The notes under the pieces: model-generated | What the model was told of the DNA's origin: nothing | Database searches by the model: none | Seen by the model: only the letters and a program-made list of their open reading frames with translations | Part shown: positions 57,883 to 64,000 of the stretch, piece by piece | Layout: each line of letters starts with the position of its first letter | How positions within the stretch are numbered: the first letter of the stretch is position 1 | Origin: an uncultured Elusimicrobium sp. | GTDB lineage: Bacteria; Elusimicrobiota; Elusimicrobia; Elusimicrobiales; Elusimicrobiaceae | Assembly: GCA_937891135.1 (NCBI GenBank) | Contig: CALAFB010000082.1 | Coordinates: 83,818-147,817, forward strand | Direction of reading: 5' to 3' | Length of the DNA: 64,000 nt | Made by a program: the position numbers and the translations under genes

Positions 57883-58452
57883 ATGAGAGGAAAATTACTT
57901 TTAATTGGGGCAGGTGGTTTTGGACGGGTTGCGATGGAGCAGGCCGTTAAAGAGTACGACTGCTTTTTTGTGGATGATTGTTACCCCGATAAAAAAGAAG
58001 TTTGTGGAATACCTTTAGTTGGAAAAATCAGCGATTTGGCTAGTTTGTTTGGAACTTATAAAAAACTAGTCGTTACCATAGGAAATACTAAACTACGTGA
58101 AAGCATCTATCAAAAAGCCAAAGAAATAGATTTTAAATTCCCAAATATTATCGCCCCAAGCGCATATATTAGTCCTTTTGCCTCTGTCGGGAACGGATGT
58201 GTATTTTTAAATAATGTTGTCATCCAAAACTCTGCACACGTTGGGAATGGTGTTTTATTAAGTCCTGGAGTAGAAATTCACCACGATAGTTTTGTGGATG
58301 ATAATACGCTAATTTATTCTAATTCGGCAGTACGAACGTATGCCCATGTAGGAAAGAGGGCTTGGATAGGGAGTACGGTATCAATCAGCGTCAATGCGAA
58401 GGTAGCAGATGATGAGATTATACCGGACGGAACAGTGAGGAGTGCTTTATGA
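57883..58452 (+). CDS. PglD/NeuD-like sugar acetyltransferase
   Basis: LIGAGGFG, FVDD, IGN..R, hexapeptide repeats. Confidence 0.82.
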   Translation: MRGKLLLIGAGGFGRVAMEQAVKEYDCFFVDDCYPDKKEVCGIPLVGKISDLASLFGTYKKLVVTIGNTKLRESIYQKAKEIDFKFPNIIAPSAYISPFASVGNGCVFLNNVVIQNSAHVGNGVLLSPGVEIHHDSFVDDNTLIYSNSAVRTYAHVGKRAWIGSTVSISVNAKVADDEIIPDGTVRSAL

Positions 58453-59660
58453 AGATTTTAATGGTTTGCCAACATTATTATCCCGAGCGGTTTCAAAATC
58501 AGGATATTTGCGAACAACTGGTACAAGATGGGCATGAGGTAACTGTTTTGACTGGTTTGCCTAATTATGAAACGGGTTTTGTACCGGAAGAATACAAGCA
58601 TGGCAAGCATAGTGATGAAAAAATCAATGGGGTGCAAGTGTACCGTACTTTTGAAATAGGCCGCAGAAAGGGCGTTTTATGGCGTATTTTGAACTATTTT
58701 AGCTACATGCTGTCCGCCTCTTGGTGGGCTCTTTGGAATCGCAAGAAGTATGACATCGTATTTTCCTATCAACTCTCTCCCATTCTGATGATGTTTCCGG
58801 CTGTTATTACCGCTCAAAAACAACATATTCCTCTGTTTGTGTACTGTTGTGATTTGTGGCCGGAATCTATGAAAATGATGCCCCCCGGAGATAAATGGTT
58901 CGTATTTAAGCCGATTCATTGGATCAGTCGTTGGTTGTATCATCGAGCAGATGCTATTTCCGTACAATCCAAGAGTTTTTTCGAATATTTCGAAAGAGTT
59001 AATAGCATTCCGAGAGAGCGAATGCTCTATATTCCGCATATGGCCTCTTCTGAATATTTGGGCATGGATTTTTCGCAAGATAACGGAATTATTGATTTTG
59101 TGTTCTTGGGCAACATTGGAAATGCACAAGATGTGGAACTTATTCTAAATGCCACTGAAAAGAATAAAGAATTGCCTAATTTTGCAGTGCATTTTGTGGG
59201 AGACGGCATTTTCCTTGAGAAGGCAAAGCAAATAGTAAAACAAAAAGGCCTGGAAAAATTAGTAGCGTTCCACGGAAGAAAACCCGTAGAGAAAATGCCG
59301 GAGTATTACAAACTAGCGGATGTTTGTTTGGTAACCCTCAAGGCCGGAAGTATTATCAGCAAAACAATTCCTTCGAAGGTGCAAGGATATATGTCTGCCG
59401 GGATTCCAATTTTGGGCGCATTAGACGGCTATGGAGCAGATGTAATTAATGAATCCGGTTCAGGAGTTTGCGTTTCAGCGGGAGATTTGGAAGGTTTTTC
59501 GTCGCATATGAAAGATTTTATTTTAAATTATGGCAATTACAAAGAATGTTCTAGTAAAGCACGGGCTTATTTTAAAGAGCACTTTACAAAACGCATGGTT
59601 GTAGATGCTATAGAAGATAAATTACAAGAATTAGTGCAAAGTAAGGGAGGTAGTAAATAA
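58449..59660 (+). CDS. GT4 glycosyltransferase (WbuB/CapL-like)
   Basis: QHYYPE, TGLPNY, DLWPES, GNIG.AQ, TIPSKVQGYM. Confidence 0.88.
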   Translation: MKILMVCQHYYPERFQNQDICEQLVQDGHEVTVLTGLPNYETGFVPEEYKHGKHSDEKINGVQVYRTFEIGRRKGVLWRILNYFSYMLSASWWALWNRKKYDIVFSYQLSPILMMFPAVITAQKQHIPLFVYCCDLWPESMKMMPPGDKWFVFKPIHWISRWLYHRADAISVQSKSFFEYFERVNSIPRERMLYIPHMASSEYLGMDFSQDNGIIDFVFLGNIGNAQDVELILNATEKNKELPNFAVHFVGDGIFLEKAKQIVKQKGLEKLVAFHGRKPVEKMPEYYKLADVCLVTLKAGSIISKTIPSKVQGYMSAGIPILGALDGYGADVINESGSGVCVSAGDLEGFSSHMKDFILNYGNYKECSSKARAYFKEHFTKRMVVDAIEDKLQELVQSKGGSK

Positions 59661-60718
59661 TGAAGTCACCATTTAGTGGCGCAACTTTAATGATTACGGG
59701 CGGTACAGGCAGTTTTGGTAATACCGTACTCAAGCATTTTCTTCATACAGATATTGGGCAAATTCGCATTTTTTCACGCGATGAAAAAAAGCAAGACGAT
59801 ATGCGCCATGAATTACAAATTAAATATCCCGAAATTGCCAAAAGAGTGAAATTTTTTGTGGGAGATGTGCGCGATCCCCAAAGCGTGGCCGACGCTATGC
59901 CCGGAGTAGACTATATCTTCCATGCGGCGGCCTTAAAGCAAGTCCCTTCCTGTGAATTCTTCCCGATGCAAGCCGTCAAGACAAACATAATCGGAACCGA
60001 TAATGTGCTGCATGCCGCTATCAATGCGGGCGTAAAACGGGTAGTTTGTTTATCCACTGATAAAGCCGCATACCCCATTAACGCCATGGGTATTTCCAAA
60101 GCTATGATGGAACACGTTATTTACGCCAATGCCCGCGTAGCTGCCGAGCGTGGTGGGACGGTTATTTGTTGCACGCGTTACGGTAACGTTATGTGTTCGC
60201 GTGGTTCTGTGATTCCGCTGTTTATTGACCAGATTAAAGCGAAGGCCCCCATTACTGTTACCAATCCAGAAATGACACGTTTTATGATGAACTTGGACGA
60301 GGCAGTAAATCTCGTTAAATTCGCTTTTGAACATGCTAATCCTGGCGATTTATTCATCCAAAAGGCCGATGCTTCTACCATTGGGGATTTGGCACAAGCT
60401 GTGCAAATTCTCTTTGGTAAAACGGAAGTAAAAGTAATCGGTACACGTCATGGAGAAAAGCTCTATGAAACGCTTATGACTCGTGAGGAACGTTTGCGTA
60501 GCGAAGATATGGGACAGTATTTCCGCGTGGCCGCTGATAACCGCGACTTAAATTACGATAAATACTTCATAGAAGGGAAAGTACAAACCATGGCGGAAGA
60601 AGCATATACAAGCCACAACACCCAACGTTTGGATGTGGAGGGAACTGTCAAAAAGCTCCTAACAACCTCTTATGTACAGGAGTTATTAGAAGGCAATAAA
60701 GAAAAGGAATTAGTATGA
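59660..60718 (+). CDS. fnlA: UDP-GlcNAc 4,6-dehydratase/5-epimerase (FnlA/CapE)
   Basis: ITGGTGSFG, FSRDEKKQDDMR, AALKQVPSCEFFP, STDKAAYPINAMG. Confidence 0.92.
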   Translation: MKSPFSGATLMITGGTGSFGNTVLKHFLHTDIGQIRIFSRDEKKQDDMRHELQIKYPEIAKRVKFFVGDVRDPQSVADAMPGVDYIFHAAALKQVPSCEFFPMQAVKTNIIGTDNVLHAAINAGVKRVVCLSTDKAAYPINAMGISKAMMEHVIYANARVAAERGGTVICCTRYGNVMCSRGSVIPLFIDQIKAKAPITVTNPEMTRFMMNLDEAVNLVKFAFEHANPGDLFIQKADASTIGDLAQAVQILFGKTEVKVIGTRHGEKLYETLMTREERLRSEDMGQYFRVAADNRDLNYDKYFIEGKVQTMAEEAYTSHNTQRLDVEGTVKKLLTTSYVQELLEGNKEKELV

Positions 60719-61569
60719 AATTTTTAGTATTTGGCTGTAACGGAATGGCAGGGCATTTAGTAAGTGTGTATCTGCAGGAGCAGGGACACGAAGTGGTCGG
60801 TTTTGCACGTTCCAAATCTAGTTTAGTTAAGACTATTGTTGGGGATGCGTTAGACCCCAAAGTTATCAAATCGGCTGTTGAAACGGATTCTTTTGATGCC
60901 ATCGTAAACTGTATTGGGCTACTCAATCAATTTGCCGAAAATAATAAAGCACAAGCGGTATATCTCAATAGTTTTTTTCCGCATTATTTGGCTCAACTAA
61001 CAAAAAATACGGACACACGAATCATTCATATCAGTACTGATTGTGTGTTTTCCGGTAAACGTGGTCAATATACTGAAGATGATTTAAGAGACGGTACAAC
61101 CTTTTATGACCGCTCAAAAGCCCTTGGCGAATTGGAAGATGATAAAAATTTAACCTTGCGTCAGTCCATTATCGGACCAGATATCAAGGCAAGCGGGATT
61201 GGATTGCTGAACTGGTTTATGCAACAGGAAGGGCCGTTAAATGGCTTCACAGGGGCTTTGTGGACAGGGCTTACCACTTTACAACTGGCAAAAGTTATTG
61301 AAGAAGGAGCCAAGACAAAAGCACATGGTCTATATAATATCGTACCGGATCACTACATTTCCAAATACGATTTGCTTGGTCTATTTAACAAACATATGCG
61401 TAATGGCAAAGTGTCTATTGCTCCCGTAGATAAAATGGCCGCTAATAAGTCTCTAAAACGCACTAAATTTGATTTTGCCTATCCAATACCGGGCTATGAG
61501 CAGATGATAGTGGAACTTGCTGATTGGATGCGTGCACATAAAAACTTATATCCGCATTACGAACTATAG
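60715..61569 (+). CDS. RmlD-like 4-keto sugar reductase (QnlA/WbvR-like)
   Basis: GCNGMAG, HISTDCVFSG, YDRSKALGE; 284 aa with no cupin domain. Confidence 0.8.
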   Translation: MKFLVFGCNGMAGHLVSVYLQEQGHEVVGFARSKSSLVKTIVGDALDPKVIKSAVETDSFDAIVNCIGLLNQFAENNKAQAVYLNSFFPHYLAQLTKNTDTRIIHISTDCVFSGKRGQYTEDDLRDGTTFYDRSKALGELEDDKNLTLRQSIIGPDIKASGIGLLNWFMQQEGPLNGFTGALWTGLTTLQLAKVIEEGAKTKAHGLYNIVPDHYISKYDLLGLFNKHMRNGKVSIAPVDKMAANKSLKRTKFDFAYPIPGYEQMIVELADWMRAHKNLYPHYEL

Positions 61570-61577
61570 GAGAACGT

Positions 61578-62702
61578 ATGCAAAAATTACGGTTGATGAC
61601 AATAGTCGGTACACGTCCTGAAATTATCAAAATGTCTGCCATTATCAAAAAAGCAGACGAATACTTTGACCATATTTTAGTACATAGCGGTCAAAACTAT
61701 GACTACGAATTAAACAAAGTATTTTTTGAAAACTTAGGACTGCGCGAACCCGATTATTATTTAGGTGTCGTTGGCGAGAATATCGGCCAAACCATGGGCA
61801 ATGTAGTATCCAAATCCTATGAGTTAATGGCCAAAGTCAAACCCGACGGGTTAATTGTGTTGGGCGATACCAACTCGTGTTTGTGCGTACTGTCTGCCAA
61901 GCGGCTGAAAATTCCGGTATTTCATATGGAAGCCGGGAACCGCTGTAAAGATGAGAATTTACCCGAAGAAGTCATCCGCCGTATTGTAGATGTTACCAGT
62001 GATGTAAACCTTTGTTATTCCGAGCACGCCCGCCGATATATTCTAGAAACGGGTGTAAAACCGGAATATACCTATGTGGTCGGTTCGCCAATGGCCGAAG
62101 TATTAAGTGCTTATGACAAACAAATCGCACAAAGCAATATTTTAGATACCCTCGGGCTGAAACCGCAAAAATATATTTTGCTTTCGGCGCATCGGGAAGA
62201 AAATATAGATATTGAAGCCAATTTTATGTCTTTAATGATGGCCGTAAATACCATGGCACAAACGTATGATATGCCCATTTTGTATTCTTGCCATGCGCGC
62301 AGTAAAAAATACATTGAGGTACGTAAATTCCAATTTGATAAGCGCGTGATTCAACATAAGCCACTTGGATTTTTTGACTATAACAAATTACAACAAAATG
62401 CTTTCTGTGTGGTATCCGATAGCGGTACATTGCCTGAAGAAGCGGCTTTCTTTAAGTTCCCGGCGGTATCCATACGCACCTCTACCGAACGGCCCGAGGC
62501 CATGGATAAGGGTGTTTTTACCATCGGCAGTATTACCGGAAAACAAGTATTACAAGCGGTAAATTTGGCTGTGTCCATGCACCAAAACGGAGATGACAGT
62601 ATAGACGTCCCGGCCTATACAGACCCCAATGTCAGCGCGAAAGTGATTAAAATTATCCAAAGTTATACGGGTATTATAAATAAAATGGTATGGCGCAAAT
62701 AA
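61578..62702 (+). CDS. UDP-sugar 2-epimerase (FnlC/CapG/QnlB family)
   Basis: GTRPEIIK, GQNYDYEL, LGDTNS, HMEAGNR, SDSGT..EE, TERPE. Confidence 0.9.
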   Translation: MQKLRLMTIVGTRPEIIKMSAIIKKADEYFDHILVHSGQNYDYELNKVFFENLGLREPDYYLGVVGENIGQTMGNVVSKSYELMAKVKPDGLIVLGDTNSCLCVLSAKRLKIPVFHMEAGNRCKDENLPEEVIRRIVDVTSDVNLCYSEHARRYILETGVKPEYTYVVGSPMAEVLSAYDKQIAQSNILDTLGLKPQKYILLSAHREENIDIEANFMSLMMAVNTMAQTYDMPILYSCHARSKKYIEVRKFQFDKRVIQHKPLGFFDYNKLQQNAFCVVSDSGTLPEEAAFFKFPAVSIRTSTERPEAMDKGVFTIGSITGKQVLQAVNLAVSMHQNGDDSIDVPAYTDPNVSAKVIKIIQSYTGIINKMVWRK

Positions 62703-63931
62703 AGGAGAAAATCAAATTACTCGTTGTGGCAGACGGTCATTATTACATAGACAAGCAACAAAATGTCTATGTGGAGTCTGTTTTTGATTATTCTTTTTAT
62801 GCCCGTTATTTGTCTGTTTTTGATAGTGTCTATGCCATTATACGCGCAGAACAAGTAGATACGGCTCCGGCCCATTGTAAACTGGCCGGCGGTCCCAACG
62901 TCCATTTTTTGCCTATCCCGCCGTCAAGGGGCGTAAAACAATTTGCCAAAAATTATTGGATCAACAGACGGCTTATTAAACAATATGTGCGGCGCTGTGA
63001 TTGTGCTATTTTCCGTGTACCCGGTGTGGTAGCCAATACCGCATTACCGATATTTGCCAAAACAGGCAAACCCTATGCGTTAGAAGTAGTGGTAGACCCC
63101 TGGGAATATTTTGCCAAAGGAACTAGCGGCGGCCTTATACGCCCGATAGTTCGCTATAAATGGACACACGATTTAAAGAAAATGTGTCGTAACGCTTTCG
63201 GGGTATCCTATGTTACTCAATATTATTTGCAAAAAAGATATCCTTGTCAGGCTCTTTTATCCGGCACAACCTCGTACTTTACGGGTTCTTATTCCTCGGT
63301 AGAATTGCCGGATAATGCCTTCGCCACCCCCAAGGTATATACTCCTAAAGAAAAATTTATTATTTCTCACGTAGCCAATGCGTTTACGGGATACGGCAAA
63401 GGCCATATTGTGCTGATGCAGGCCGTTAAAAAGGTCTTAGATGCCGGATACGATGTGGATGTATGGTTCGTGGGAGACGGCCCGCTACGGCCTGAATTTG
63501 AACGAATCGCACAAGATTTAGGAATACAGGCACACGTACAATTTTTGGGCCGTATGGCAAGCGGAGCAGAAGTGCGTGAAAAAATACGCGCATCCGATTT
63601 ATTTGTTTTTCCAACCCGTGCCGAGGGGTTGCCGCGGGTGATTTTGGAAGCCATGGCGGAAGGGATACCTGTCATTTCTTCCCCAGTATGTGGTATACCG
63701 GAGATTTTGCCTCCGGAGTGTTTAGTGGATTATAATGACGTACAAGGATATGCAGATTCAATTATTCGGTTGATCACGCACCCCGAGCTAATGGCGGCAC
63801 AAAGTAATCGCAATTTAGAGGTTGCTAAGCAGTATAAAAGCAGTATTTTAAGCAAAAAACGAAAAGAGTTTTATCAAAAACTTTTGAATTCATGTGAGCA
63901 ACAAGAGAAAATAAAAAACTATGAAAATTAA
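62690..63931 (+). CDS. GT4 glycosyltransferase
   Basis: KG, VGDG, EGLPRVILEAMA, GIPE. Confidence 0.88.
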   Translation: MAQIKEKIKLLVVADGHYYIDKQQNVYVESVFDYSFYARYLSVFDSVYAIIRAEQVDTAPAHCKLAGGPNVHFLPIPPSRGVKQFAKNYWINRRLIKQYVRRCDCAIFRVPGVVANTALPIFAKTGKPYALEVVVDPWEYFAKGTSGGLIRPIVRYKWTHDLKKMCRNAFGVSYVTQYYLQKRYPCQALLSGTTSYFTGSYSSVELPDNAFATPKVYTPKEKFIISHVANAFTGYGKGHIVLMQAVKKVLDAGYDVDVWFVGDGPLRPEFERIAQDLGIQAHVQFLGRMASGAEVREKIRASDLFVFPTRAEGLPRVILEAMAEGIPVISSPVCGIPEILPPECLVDYNDVQGYADSIIRLITHPELMAAQSNRNLEVAKQYKSSILSKKRKEFYQKLLNSCEQQEKIKNYEN

Positions 63932-64000
63932 AATACCTTGCATGAATTTTATATTAGATATTTTCTTTTTAATATCAGCAATATCGATGTTATTTCTACC
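63921..64000 (+). CDS. Start of a hydrophobic membrane protein (truncated by window end)
   Basis: MKIKIPCMNFILDIFFLISAISMLFL..., overlapping the previous stop. Confidence 0.4.
   Translation, partial: MKIKIPCMNFILDIFFLISAISMLFL

Noticed and set aside
1..64000. CRISPR array, rRNA or tRNA genes
   Set aside because: No regularly spaced direct repeats, cas genes or recognisable structural RNA genes seen.

Overview
Bacterial chromosomal window, most likely Elusimicrobiota (inferred from the many dispersed PilE-like '[25 protein letters not shown]' pilin genes). The housekeeping backbone has deoB, murE/murD, an RND efflux trio, a GH57 branching enzyme, uvrB, dnaE, the ampG-murQ-anmK-nagZ recycling operon, serS, an M3 peptidase and others. 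It is interrupted by nine solitary type IV pilin loci: one runs off the window start and two are frameshifted. The window ends with a phage/ICE-like remnant (SIR2-like, Bro-N-like, LexA-like, DUF5681) and a surface-polysaccharide operon. Main discovery, from hand alignment: a conserved ~200-280 nt structured 5' leader lies in front of 8 of the 9 pilin genes (7 canonical copies, 1 divergent) and also in front of the polysaccharide operon. Each copy has covarying stems and mutually exclusive anti-antiterminator, antiterminator and terminator pairings. Several copies also have an SD-sequestering helix. Every copy carries a locus-unique 9-12 bp 'barcode' helix whose 3' strand lies in the terminator loop. 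This is a candidate undescribed RNA switch for surface-antigen variation. Several pilin leader peptides are also inflated by in-frame palindromic repeat insertions. No database searches or folding programs were run; pairings were read by eye.
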